Source: an uncultured Alphaproteobacteria bacterium (GTDB taxonomy: Bacteria > Pseudomonadota > Alphaproteobacteria > Acetobacterales > Acetobacteraceae). From it: a stretch of DNA of 17,907 nucleotides. The notes beneath the pieces are model-generated. The model was not told the origin of the DNA. It did not search any database and saw only the letters and a program-made list of their open reading frames with translations. The translations under genes were made by a program, and so were the position numbers. The stretch is taken from the NCBI GenBank assembly GCA_963733475.1, contig CAVTEC010000098.1:1-17907 (forward strand). Direction: 5' to 3'. Position 1 is the first letter of the stretch, and each line of letters starts with the position of its first letter. This document shows positions 6,270 through 14,159 of the stretch, one piece after another.

Positions 6270-8360
6270 ATGCCAGACCTCATGCTTCAGGCGGGTGCCG
6301 TCCCACCGTGGCTGGTGTGGTCCATCGTGGGGTTGGTTGTGCTGATCATCATCCTAATGAAGTCGCTGTGGATCATTGGGCCAACCCAGGTTGGCCTGGT
6401 TCGGAAGCGCCTGAGCTCAAAGCACCTCGACAGCGGGAGTCCTGTCGCGTTCAACGGCGCGGCAGGCTACCAGGCCGAACTGTTGACGGCTGGTCTGCGC
6501 TTCAAGCTCTGGCCCTGGTACACGGTTACGCGCCACCCGCTCGTGCAGATACCTGCCGGCCAGATTGGCGTTGTCATCGCGCAGGTTGGCGATCCGCTGC
6601 CGATTGGCGCGAAATCGGCCGCCTATAAGCCCGAGTTCGGCAGCTTCCAGGACATCCGGGCGTTCGTGAACAACGGCGGCGAGAAGGGCGTGCAACGCAC
6701 TGTGCTGCCACCAGGCACCGTCGCGGCGATCCATCCTGCCGGTTTCCTGGTCGTGGCGCTCAACCACGTCTACGGCGTGCCGGTCGCCGACGAATATGTC
6801 AGCCTGCTCCGTGCGGCCGGTGGGGGGCTTACACACAGATCATTCGGCCTATCCGACGAGCAGATGAAAGTGGTCCGTATTCAGCCGCGATCGACTGATG
6901 ACGGCAGGCTGGTCGACATGGTCGGAATCGTAACAACCCTGGAAGGCTCACCATCGCCGAAGGGTGCCATCGCGAACCGGCTCGGCGACTTTGAAGACAT
7001 CGCCGGGCTCGAGGAAAGCCCGGACACCCGCAACAGCGATCTGGTCGAGGCAATCCTCAACAGCAAGAACGACGCCCACAACAACTACCAGGATTTCCAG
7101 GCATTTCTCGATGGCGGCGGCCGGATTGGCCTGCAGCACGATCCTCTGCTCTACGGCGCGTACAACCTAAATCCATTCCTGGTTTCCGTCGAGATGGTTC
7201 CGATGCTCGTCGTCAACCAGGGCCAGGTCGCGGTCGTGAAGGCTTTCGTCGGTCTTGCCACCGAAGATACCTCGGGCATCGACTTCAAGTTCGGCTCGCT
7301 CGTGCGTCCCGGGCATCGCGGCATCTGGGAGGAACCGCTGCGTACCGGCAAATACGCAATCAACCCGCGCGTCTACGCGGTAGAAATCGTGCCGACCTTC
7401 ATCCTGACCCTCAATTGGGCGGATGAGATATCGACAGCGCATAGTCTGGACAAGGACCTCTCGCCGATCGAAGCGAAATCGTCGGAGGGCTTCGTGTTCA
7501 AGATAGACCTGCAAGTCCAGATCCATGTGCCGGACAGTGATGCGCCGCGAGTTATTTCCACCGTCGGAACCATGGGCAATCTCGTCAATGAAGTCCTGCA
7601 GGCCGCAGTTGGCAATCATTTCCGGGACAAGCTGCAAAGCATGCCCGCGATCGACTTCATCCAGAAGCGCGCCGATGTGCAGCAGCAGGCGCAGGATCAC
7701 ATCACGGACCGTCTGAAGGTCTATCGGGTCGAGACACGCGGCGTTTATATCCAGGACGTCGTGTTCCCGGTGCAATTGGTCCAGGTGCTGACGGCCCGCG
7801 AGATCGCCAATCAGCAGAGAGCGACATACGACGCCGAACGTGACGCGCAGAATCAGCGGCTGCTGCTCGAGGCGTCACGTGGCAAGGCGGACCAGCAGGC
7901 AGCGCTGGCGCAGTCGATGGTTGGCGTGGACATCGCCAAGAACAAGGCGGCAGCCGTGCAAGCCGAGGCGGATGGTGAAGCCTATCGCCTTACCAAGGTC
8001 GGTGAGGCTAGCGCGGTGCAGACGAGAGCGGAGGGCCTTGCCGTCGCGGTCGGACTGGAAGCACAGCAGAAGGCCGTCGGCGCTGGCCAGGCGGCCGTGA
8101 TCAACGTCGCGAAGGCGCTGGCCAGCGGCACGCAGCGTTTCATGCCGGAAAACCTGGCGATCACCGGCGGTGGTGGCGAGGGCGGTCTCGGAATTGGACC
8201 GCTGGTGCCGCAGTTGATGCGGTTCCTGCAGGCCTGGGACAAGCGCTCCGAAGATGATCATGGCCGAGGCGAGGCTCCGCAAGAGCCCGCGGCGACACCG
8301 GTATCGGGATGGTCGATCACGCCTTCCGTCACATCAGCGAACATCGCCGCGCAGCGGTAG
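6270..8360 (+). CDS. flotillin family protein (SPFH/band-7 domain with C-terminal Ala/Glu/Gln-rich coiled coil; YqiK-like)
   Basis: 696 aa. SD gaaaggaag precedes ATG 6270. N-terminal TM helix (WLVWSIVGLVVLIIILM). SPFH region. Long EA/Q-rich flotillin-type coiled coil (REIANQQRATYDAERDAQNQRLLLEASRGKADQQAALAQSMVGVDIAKNKAAAVQAEADGEAYRL...). Stop TAG 8358-8360. Confidence 0.85.
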   Translation: MPDLMLQAGAVPPWLVWSIVGLVVLIIILMKSLWIIGPTQVGLVRKRLSSKHLDSGSPVAFNGAAGYQAELLTAGLRFKLWPWYTVTRHPLVQIPAGQIGVVIAQVGDPLPIGAKSAAYKPEFGSFQDIRAFVNNGGEKGVQRTVLPPGTVAAIHPAGFLVVALNHVYGVPVADEYVSLLRAAGGGLTHRSFGLSDEQMKVVRIQPRSTDDGRLVDMVGIVTTLEGSPSPKGAIANRLGDFEDIAGLEESPDTRNSDLVEAILNSKNDAHNNYQDFQAFLDGGGRIGLQHDPLLYGAYNLNPFLVSVEMVPMLVVNQGQVAVVKAFVGLATEDTSGIDFKFGSLVRPGHRGIWEEPLRTGKYAINPRVYAVEIVPTFILTLNWADEISTAHSLDKDLSPIEAKSSEGFVFKIDLQVQIHVPDSDAPRVISTVGTMGNLVNEVLQAAVGNHFRDKLQSMPAIDFIQKRADVQQQAQDHITDRLKVYRVETRGVYIQDVVFPVQLVQVLTAREIANQQRATYDAERDAQNQRLLLEASRGKADQQAALAQSMVGVDIAKNKAAAVQAEADGEAYRLTKVGEASAVQTRAEGLAVAVGLEAQQKAVGAGQAAVINVAKALASGTQRFMPENLAITGGGGEGGLGIGPLVPQLMRFLQAWDKRSEDDHGRGEAPQEPAATPVSGWSITPSVTSANIAAQR

Positions 8361-8403
8361 AACGGTGTGACGCTATCCCATTCAAGCATGTAAGCAAGAC
8401 ATC

Positions 8404-8560
8404 AGACACAGAGTTTCACGGAGTGCACACAGAGTTGCACAGAGAAGGGTATTGGGGCGTTTCACGCCGGAGTTTCGCTCTTGCGCCGCCTTACTTGCGC
8501 GAAGCGCTATTATACTACTCCGTGAAACTCGGTGTGCACTCGGTGAAACTCTGTGACCGA
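8404..8560. repeat. low-GC imperfect inverted-repeat element (MITE/REP-like), built from GTTTCAC-containing sub-repeats
   Basis: Arm A, 8407-8444, is CACAGAGTTTCACGGAGTGCACACAGAGTTGCACAGAG. The reverse complement of arm B (8518-8555) is CACAGAGTTTCACCGAGTGCACACCGAGTTTCACGGAG, 34/38 identical. A 73-nt spacer carries further GTTTCAC/GTTTCGC copies and a GCGCGAAGCGC palindrome. It sits between the convergent flotillin and beta-propeller genes. Confidence 0.5.
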
Positions 8561-8614
8561 TGCCTTTCTTTATTTCTTGCTTGCCGTCGGCGCTAAATGC
8601 AATGGCCGTATGCC

Positions 8615-9847
8615 TTAACTGGCGCCCTTCCATTGTAGTATATACAAACCGGCGTCGTAATCGGTGATGTAGATCAGCCCATCCTGCGACACGAACACGT
8701 CGGCGGTGTGCCGTATCTTCGCCCGCCCGCGCAGCGGCTCCGCCCAGACCGTCGGCTGCGGCGGCACGAAATAACCGATCTCCTCCGGCCGATAAGCGTT
8801 CGAGATGTCGAACACGCGCACACCCGCGCTCTGCCAGGTGGCAAAGATCGTTGTGCTGCTCTGGAAGGATCCAGGCCGGTTCTCGTGCAGGTTATGCGGT
8901 CCGAACTGGCCACCCATCTTCACATAGTCCTGGTCGGACGGGATCGGCATCGTCGAGATGCTGACCGGATTGCTCTTGTCGCGGATGTCGAATACCCAGG
9001 TCCGCTTGTGCTGTCCTTCCTGATCGAGGTTCAGCACCGCCTCGTCCGCCACCACCACAAGATCGCGGTCATGCAGCGGCACGGCGTTATGTGTGCCGCC
9101 GCCGTAAGGTGGACACCAGTTGCGATGTGCGATCAGCTTCGGCGCCGACTTGTCCTTCACGTCGAGGATCGTCAGCCCGCCGTCGCGCCATGAGCCATAG
9201 GCAAAGTCGTCCGCCACGATCGCGTGGTGCAGCGCGTAGCGCTTGGTCCATGTCGGTGTTTCGCCGCCGGCCGCATGCATACCAGGGATCCACCAGCGGC
9301 CGGCTTCGCGTGGCTTCGTCGGGTCCGCCATGTCAATGATCATCAGGATGTGGTCGGTGTAACCATCCAGCAGCGCCGAAGCATAAGCGTAGCGTCCGCC
9401 CGAGTACCAGATGCGGTGCAGCCCAAGCCCCGGCACCTCGAAGGAGCCGATATGCCGGGGATTCGCGGGGTCCTTGATGTCGTAGATACGCATGCCGGCA
9501 GCGTAGTCCTCGCCGCGCTTGCCGAACCGGCTGCTGTCCACCTTGCCGGAGCCGCCATAATACTCCTGCTGGGTCAGCAACGCGCGCTGATCAGCCTCCT
9601 GGATGCATAGCAACAGGTCGTCGGCCGACTGTAGATGCATGCTGACCGACTTCGGATGCATGGCCAGGAAGTTCACGGGCTTCGGATTGCGCGGGTCGCG
9701 GACGTCGGTGACCATGACGCCACGGCGCACGCGCGTACCAACGTATGCGTGGCCGCGCGCGACCATGACTTGCACGCCGTCACCTCGGCCGCCCTGGTCG
9801 GTATGGCCGAGGAATTCGATGCTTCGTGCGCCTTCTGGGACAATCAT
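8615..9847 (-). CDS. LVIVD-repeat-type beta-propeller protein (hypothetical)
   Basis: Start chosen at ATG 9847 (MIVPEGARSIEF...), preceded by GGAAGGAAG 8 nt upstream. The longer ORF from 9919 lacks an SD and overlaps the divergent GYD gene start. Recurrent D[IV]xDPxxPxxIG blocks: VRDPRNPKPV, DIKDPANPRHIG, DMADPTKPRE, DVKDKSAPKLI, DIRDKSNPVSIS, DISNAYRPEEIG. Ends ...ITDYDAGLYILQWKGAS*. No signal peptide seen. Confidence 0.6.
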   Translation of the reverse strand: MIVPEGARSIEFLGHTDQGGRGDGVQVMVARGHAYVGTRVRRGVMVTDVRDPRNPKPVNFLAMHPKSVSMHLQSADDLLLCIQEADQRALLTQQEYYGGSGKVDSSRFGKRGEDYAAGMRIYDIKDPANPRHIGSFEVPGLGLHRIWYSGGRYAYASALLDGYTDHILMIIDMADPTKPREAGRWWIPGMHAAGGETPTWTKRYALHHAIVADDFAYGSWRDGGLTILDVKDKSAPKLIAHRNWCPPYGGGTHNAVPLHDRDLVVVADEAVLNLDQEGQHKRTWVFDIRDKSNPVSISTMPIPSDQDYVKMGGQFGPHNLHENRPGSFQSSTTIFATWQSAGVRVFDISNAYRPEEIGYFVPPQPTVWAEPLRGRAKIRHTADVFVSQDGLIYITDYDAGLYILQWKGAS

Positions 9848-9917
9848 CGCTTGCTTCCTTCCCGGATCGGCGCCCAGTGTAGGGCGGATGACAAGAACTG
9901 AGTAGGAGGGAACAACC

Positions 9918-10211
9918 ATGCCAACCTACGTCATGCTCGCCAACTGGACCGATCAAGGCATGCGGTCGATCGGCGACAGTCCCAGGCGCGTCGATACGGC
10001 GAAGAAAGAACTGGAGGAAATGGGCGGCCAGTTCCGCTCGGTCTACATGACGATGGGCGACTACGATCTGGTCATGATCTACGATGCTCCCGACGATGCG
10101 GTGGCCGCGCGCTTCACGCTGATGCTGGGCAAGCTGGGCAACGTACGCACCACCTCGCTGAAGGCCTTCCCGGAGGAGGCATTCCGCCAGATCGTCAATA
10201 CGCTGCGCTAG
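9918..10211 (+). CDS. GYD domain-containing protein
   Basis: 97 aa. Strong SD AGGAGGG 7 nt upstream of ATG 9918. Signature ...MGDYDLVMIYDAPDDAVAARFTLMLGKLGNVRTTSLKAFP. Confidence 0.85.
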   Translation: MPTYVMLANWTDQGMRSIGDSPRRVDTAKKELEEMGGQFRSVYMTMGDYDLVMIYDAPDDAVAARFTLMLGKLGNVRTTSLKAFPEEAFRQIVNTLR

Positions 10212-11119
10212 ATCGACTGCAACGAGTACCACCATATCGGCAGCGTCAGGAAGGCCGCGACGCTGCCGATGCCTACCATCAGCGTGACCAGTTGCGGATC
10301 GAGCCCGTATTGAATTGCGACGATCGCACCGCCGATTTGCGGACCCATCGCGGCCTCGAACAACGTGACATGCGCGATGGTGCCGCTGGCGCCAAGCAGC
10401 TTCACGTAGAGCAATGCCAGCAGTAGCGGCGCCAACAGGAGCTTGACGCCGAGACCGCATGTTACGGTGCCCAGCCTACCGCGCAGCACGCCGAGGCGAA
10501 GCTGCAGACCAACCGACACGAGTGCAAGCGGCGCCAACGTACCGCCGAGCCGGGTCAATATGTCGCTGACGATCGCTGGGTAAGACACCGGCTTCAGCAG
10601 CAGTGCGAGCACCAGAGCGATCAGTGGCGGAAACGTCAGCACACGGCGCAACACCTCGCCGAACGAAGCGTTGCCGCGCGAACAGAAACAGGCGACCGCG
10701 ATGCCCAGCGTGCTCAGCACGAGATAGGTGCCGAGCTGATCGATCAACAATCCAATTGCCATGTAGTGTGCGCCATAGAAGGACTCGATCATCGGCACAC
10801 CGACAAACGATGTGCTGGCGAGCCCGGCAGTGAGGATCAGCGCCCCCACTGTGGCCGTTGCCAGACCGAGCCGCCGGCCGATCAACCAGATCGAGGTTCT
10901 GACGCCGGCAAACATCAGCCATGGCATCAGGACCGGGTAGATCAGATCGGCCTGTAGCTGAACGCCGTGGATCTGTTGCAGTGTCAACGCGGGAAGCGAA
11001 ATATTTATAATGAAACCATTGATCGCCAAGTGGGCGTTGTCTGGCACTCGCCGCGAGGCGCGTAGAGCCATGCCGGCCGCGAGGCAGAAGAATAGCAACG
11101 CGATGTTGCCCATCGGCAT
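10208..11119 (-). CDS. AEC (auxin efflux carrier) family transporter / malate-permease-like membrane protein
   Basis: 303 aa, about 10 predicted TM segments. N-terminus IALLFFCLAAGMALRASRR matches the AEC 'LGyllrr' start. GGAG 4-7 nt upstream of ATG 11119. Its stop overlaps the GYD stop within CTAG (10208-10211). Confidence 0.8.
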   Translation of the reverse strand: MPMGNIALLFFCLAAGMALRASRRVPDNAHLAINGFIINISLPALTLQQIHGVQLQADLIYPVLMPWLMFAGVRTSIWLIGRRLGLATATVGALILTAGLASTSFVGVPMIESFYGAHYMAIGLLIDQLGTYLVLSTLGIAVACFCSRGNASFGEVLRRVLTFPPLIALVLALLLKPVSYPAIVSDILTRLGGTLAPLALVSVGLQLRLGVLRGRLGTVTCGLGVKLLLAPLLLALLYVKLLGASGTIAHVTLFEAAMGPQIGGAIVAIQYGLDPQLVTLMVGIGSVAAFLTLPIWWYSLQSI

Positions 11120-11165
11120 GCTCCAATTCGACTGGCGAACTCAGCATGGCTGGTATGGATGGCGC

Positions 11166-11181
11166 TGTGACCTTTGTCACA
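11166..11181. promoter_or_regulatory. perfect CRP/FNR-superfamily-type box TGTGA-N6-TCACA in the divergent AEC/EthD promoter region
   Basis: tgtgaCCTTTGtcaca, extended to an 18-bp palindrome ctgtgac-cttt-gtcacag (11165-11182). It is centred about 55 nt from both flanking start codons (11119 and 11229). Confidence 0.4.
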
Positions 11182-11228
11182 GGCATGCTAGGTTCCGTGG
11201 CAAGCAATCAACCAGTTGGGTATTCCGA

Positions 11229-11855
11229 ATGATCGCTGCGATCAGCCTGATGCGACAGCGCGACGATATGACGCTGGCGCAGTTCCGTCGGCACTGGTTG
11301 GACGTGCATGGGCCTCTGGTGCGCGCGTTTCCGGGATTGCGGCGTTATATTCAGCTTCATGTCATCGCATCGCCGGCCACGAATTTGCTGGCGCGCGATA
11401 TGCAGATCGAGGGCTTTCCGATCCTGTTCTTCGATAACGACGAGGATCGGCTGCGCGCGCATCAGTCGCCGGAAATGGCTGCGTGCAATGTTGATTTGCG
11501 ATCGTTCATTGGCGTGGTGTCTCGGGTGATCTGCGAACCACAGACCGTTCTGCCGGCTCCGCATTCGGCGAGGATGAAGCTGATCGTCTTGTGGCCTGGC
11601 CCGAGTGAGGACGCAGCAATCTTGAAGCACCGTGGTCATTGGGCGAGAGGGCTGCCAAGGCTCAGGGGACTGACACTTTATAGCGTGCTGCAGCAAGGTG
11701 CTGCGCCGAACAGCACGATTCCGCATCTGCCAGTGCACGTTGCGGGAATTGCCGAGCTGGCGTTCGACAGTCTGGTTGATCTTGAGTGCGCGACGGTCGA
11801 TCATGCTGATCCATCGGCGGCTCATTTTGTCGTCGAGGAGCATCGGCTGGTGTGA
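11229..11855 (+). CDS. EthD-domain protein (tandem EthD/dimeric alpha-beta-barrel repeats)
   Basis: Start at ATG 11229 (MIAAISLMRQRDDMTLAQFRRHWLDVHGPLV...) by analogy with the EthD N-terminus 'M.KLIaL.kR...F..H....H.PLv'. A second repeat starts MKLIVLWPGPSEDAAILKHRGHW.... The ORF in the track begins upstream at 11010, overlapping the divergent AEC start. No convincing SD. Confidence 0.6.
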   Translation: MIAAISLMRQRDDMTLAQFRRHWLDVHGPLVRAFPGLRRYIQLHVIASPATNLLARDMQIEGFPILFFDNDEDRLRAHQSPEMAACNVDLRSFIGVVSRVICEPQTVLPAPHSARMKLIVLWPGPSEDAAILKHRGHWARGLPRLRGLTLYSVLQQGAAPNSTIPHLPVHVAGIAELAFDSLVDLECATVDHADPSAAHFVVEEHRLV

Positions 11856-11858
11856 TAA

Positions 11859-12809
11859 ATGGCAGTTACAGACGACCTGCTTAATAAGGGGTTCATTTTC
11901 GGGCAGTGGTCTGGGGAGCCAGGCCGCACCTTCATCGTAACGGGTCTTCACCGGTCGGGAACAAGCCTCGTTGCGAATATACTGCAAAGAGCAGGCCTCT
12001 TCATCGGCGACAAGATCAATGACTTTGTTTATGAGGACGAGGAAATCTCTGCCGAGCTTTTGGCGCGAGATTTTGTTGCGTTGGAACGCATCATCGCTCG
12101 CCGGAACCTTAGTCACCCTTCTTGGGGTTTCAAGCATCCGAAGTTGTGGAATGTACTAGAGGCGACGCAGCTAAGCCTGTTCAATCGCCCGCATCTGATC
12201 ATCACCTTCCGCGATCCAGTGGCGATGGCCGTCCGGACGTCGCTTTCAGAATATCAGGAGCCGATACGGGCATTCCAAATGTCGATGTTGGACCTGTCGG
12301 CGCTGGCTGCATTTATCGAACGGCTTCAGTGCCCCTATCTGCTGCTCAGCTATGAAAAAGCTTTGTTGTTTCCACGGGACTTCATCGGTGGCGTTGTTCG
12401 ATTCTGCAATCTGTCGATTGACGACACGATGCGAAGGCAACTGCTGGCAGAGATCGAGCCGAACCGGCCGCGCTATCTCGCAAGCGCTCGACGACGGTTT
12501 GAGGGGTTTGTCGAGGGCATCTGGGGAGGCGGCCTCTATGGCTGGTGCTGTCTCACGCGTTCGCCCGAACCGGTTGCGCTTGAACTGCTGATCGACGATC
12601 AGGTGGCGCTGCCGGTGCTGGCCGATAGGTTCAGGCAGGACTTGCTTGATGCCGGCTTGGGTAATGGCTGCCACGGTTACTTTATCGATCTCGCGACGCT
12701 CCAGGTGACGCCTGAGTTGGTGATCCGCGTCAGGGTGGCGCGCCATGGCATTGAGCTACAAAACAGTGGCAAGCGATTGCGTGACTATGACCCTCACCCG
12801 GGCGCTTGA
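11859..12809 (+). CDS. sulfotransferase family protein (P-loop 5'-PSB and 3'-PB PAPS-binding motifs)
   Basis: 316 aa. ATG lies 3 nt after the EthD stop, suggesting translational coupling. 5'-PSB-like TGLHRSGTSLVANIL and 3'-PB-like ITFRDPVAMAVRTS. G+C visibly lower than neighbouring genes. Confidence 0.7.
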   Translation: MAVTDDLLNKGFIFGQWSGEPGRTFIVTGLHRSGTSLVANILQRAGLFIGDKINDFVYEDEEISAELLARDFVALERIIARRNLSHPSWGFKHPKLWNVLEATQLSLFNRPHLIITFRDPVAMAVRTSLSEYQEPIRAFQMSMLDLSALAAFIERLQCPYLLLSYEKALLFPRDFIGGVVRFCNLSIDDTMRRQLLAEIEPNRPRYLASARRRFEGFVEGIWGGGLYGWCCLTRSPEPVALELLIDDQVALPVLADRFRQDLLDAGLGNGCHGYFIDLATLQVTPELVIRVRVARHGIELQNSGKRLRDYDPHPGA

Positions 12810-12863
12810 GCAGATCCGTCACACGGATGAAAGTTGCTTCGACAATCCAAGGGAGGAACGGCA

Positions 12864-13796
12864 ATGCCGATTGGTTTTATCGGGCTTGGGATGATGGGTG
12901 CCGGCATGGCAAGCAACCTGCAGAAGGCAGGGCATAAGCTCGTCGTGCATGATCTGCGCCGGCAGTCGGCGTCGCATCACCTCACTGCTGGTGCTGAGTG
13001 GGCCGACAGTCCGCGCGCGGTCGCTGAGAAGTGCGAGGTGGTGTTTACATCGCTTCCCACACCGCCCGATGTCGAAGCAGTCGGGTTCGGTGAGAACGGT
13101 CTGGTGCACGGGTTCGGCAAGGGCGGGGTGTGGTTCGATCTTTCAACCAACTCTGTCAGCCTGGTCCGTGAGATGCATGCCAAATTAGCGGAGCAAGGCA
13201 TCGCTCTACTGGATGCGCCGGTGAGCGGCGGTCCACGCGGCGCCAACTCTGGCAAGCTGGCGATCTGGGTGGGTGGCGATGAGGCGCTGTTCAACAAGCA
13301 CAAGTCGGTGCTCGACGCGATGGGCGATCAGGCGCGCTACATTGGCCCAATCGGGGCCGGCTCGGTGGCCAAGCTGGTGCACAATCTGTCCGGTGCCGCA
13401 GTCAATGTCGCACTGGCTGAGGCGTTCACTATGGGGGTGAAGGCCGGCATCGAGCCGTTGGCGCTATGGACCGCGATCCGCCAGGGTGCCGGAGGGCGGG
13501 CGCGTATGTTCGATCGTATGGGCGGACAGTTCCTCACCGGCCGTTATGATCCGCCCGACTTTGCCCTGCGGCTGCTGCATAAGGACGTGGCCTTGGCTTG
13601 CCAGCTTGGCCGCGAAGTTGGTGTGCCAATGCGGTTGTCGCATCTGGCGTTGGCGGAGCTGAACGAAGCGCTGAACCGCGGCTGGAGCGAGCGCGATAGC
13701 CGAGTTGGCATGCTGCTCCAGGTCGAGCGATCCGGGATCGAGCCGCTGGCGGTCGATCCTGCACGGATAAAGGACGTGCTGGAGAAGGATGGATAG
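12864..13796 (+). CDS. NAD(P)-dependent oxidoreductase of the 3-hydroxyisobutyrate dehydrogenase (HIBADH/6PGDH-NAD-binding) family
   Basis: ATG 12864 with SD GGGAGG 7 nt upstream. Rossmann GFIGLGMMGAGMASNL. Conserved FTSLPTP, DAPVSGG and KLVHN blocks. Confidence 0.85.
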   Translation: MPIGFIGLGMMGAGMASNLQKAGHKLVVHDLRRQSASHHLTAGAEWADSPRAVAEKCEVVFTSLPTPPDVEAVGFGENGLVHGFGKGGVWFDLSTNSVSLVREMHAKLAEQGIALLDAPVSGGPRGANSGKLAIWVGGDEALFNKHKSVLDAMGDQARYIGPIGAGSVAKLVHNLSGAAVNVALAEAFTMGVKAGIEPLALWTAIRQGAGGRARMFDRMGGQFLTGRYDPPDFALRLLHKDVALACQLGREVGVPMRLSHLALAELNEALNRGWSERDSRVGMLLQVERSGIEPLAVDPARIKDVLEKDG

Positions 13797-13799
13797 GGA

Positions 13800-14159
13800 T
13801 CAGTAAGGTTGGCAGGCGACATTGAGCAGGTCGCCTGCTGCCCACGGCCCGGTCGATCCGGCAGTCGTGTAGTCAGCCAATGTTGCGGAGGTCGTCGTCG
13901 ACGCGGTCTGCGCCGTTTGCGCGATCGTTGAGGAGTGGGTTGTCAGGTCACTGGCCATGCAATTCCAGCCAGTGACCGCCAATGGCAACCCAACGACGCC
14001 GAACGACGCAGTTCCATCTGTGCCGATCTTGATCTGAATGCTCCGAAAACCGTTTCTTGCGATGATGCTGGCATCTGTACCGAAGCCGCTGATGATGGTC
14101 GGTTGCGGATTGCCTGAATTATCTGCTTCAACCTGAGTTGACGAATAGCCGGCGTTCAT
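13800..14159 (-). CDS. hypothetical small Ser/Thr/Gly/Ala-rich protein (119 aa from ATG 14159); alternatively the C-terminal continuation of the upstream beta-helix gene after a +1 frameshift
   Basis: Protein-like ORF MNAGYSSTQVEADNSGNPQPTIISGFGTDASIIARNGFRSIQIKIGTDGTASFGVVGL...NVACQPY*. No SD. The ATG overlaps the last 32 nt of the 14128..15963 gene. No signal peptide. Confidence 0.35.
   Translation of the reverse strand: MNAGYSSTQVEADNSGNPQPTIISGFGTDASIIARNGFRSIQIKIGTDGTASFGVVGLPLAVTGWNCMASDLTTHSSTIAQTAQTASTTTSATLADYTTAGSTGPWAAGDLLNVACQPY

Noticed and set aside
7167-7775. 202-aa minus-strand ORF inside the flotillin gene
   Set aside because: Antisense to a well-supported SPFH/flotillin CDS. 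No features.
8404-8560. Possible CRISPR array suggested by repeated GTTTCAC-containing units
   Set aside because: The units are arranged as an inverted repeat with irregular spacing and no unique spacers. No cas genes are nearby.
8309-8633. Small ORFs (95 aa plus-strand, 83 aa minus-strand) inside the inverted-repeat element
   Set aside because: They read through low-complexity repeat DNA, have no SD, and are not protein-like. They are better explained as a non-coding repeat.
10476-11207. 243-aa minus-strand ORF overlapping the AEC transporter in another frame
   Set aside because: The AEC frame gives about 10 hydrophobic TM helices and a family-typical N-terminus. This alternative frame is Arg/Ala-rich nonsense.
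11208-12137. 309-aa minus-strand ORF opposite the EthD and sulfotransferase genes
   Set aside because: Plus-strand frames carry EthD-repeat and sulfotransferase PAPS-binding motifs. The minus-strand translation has none.
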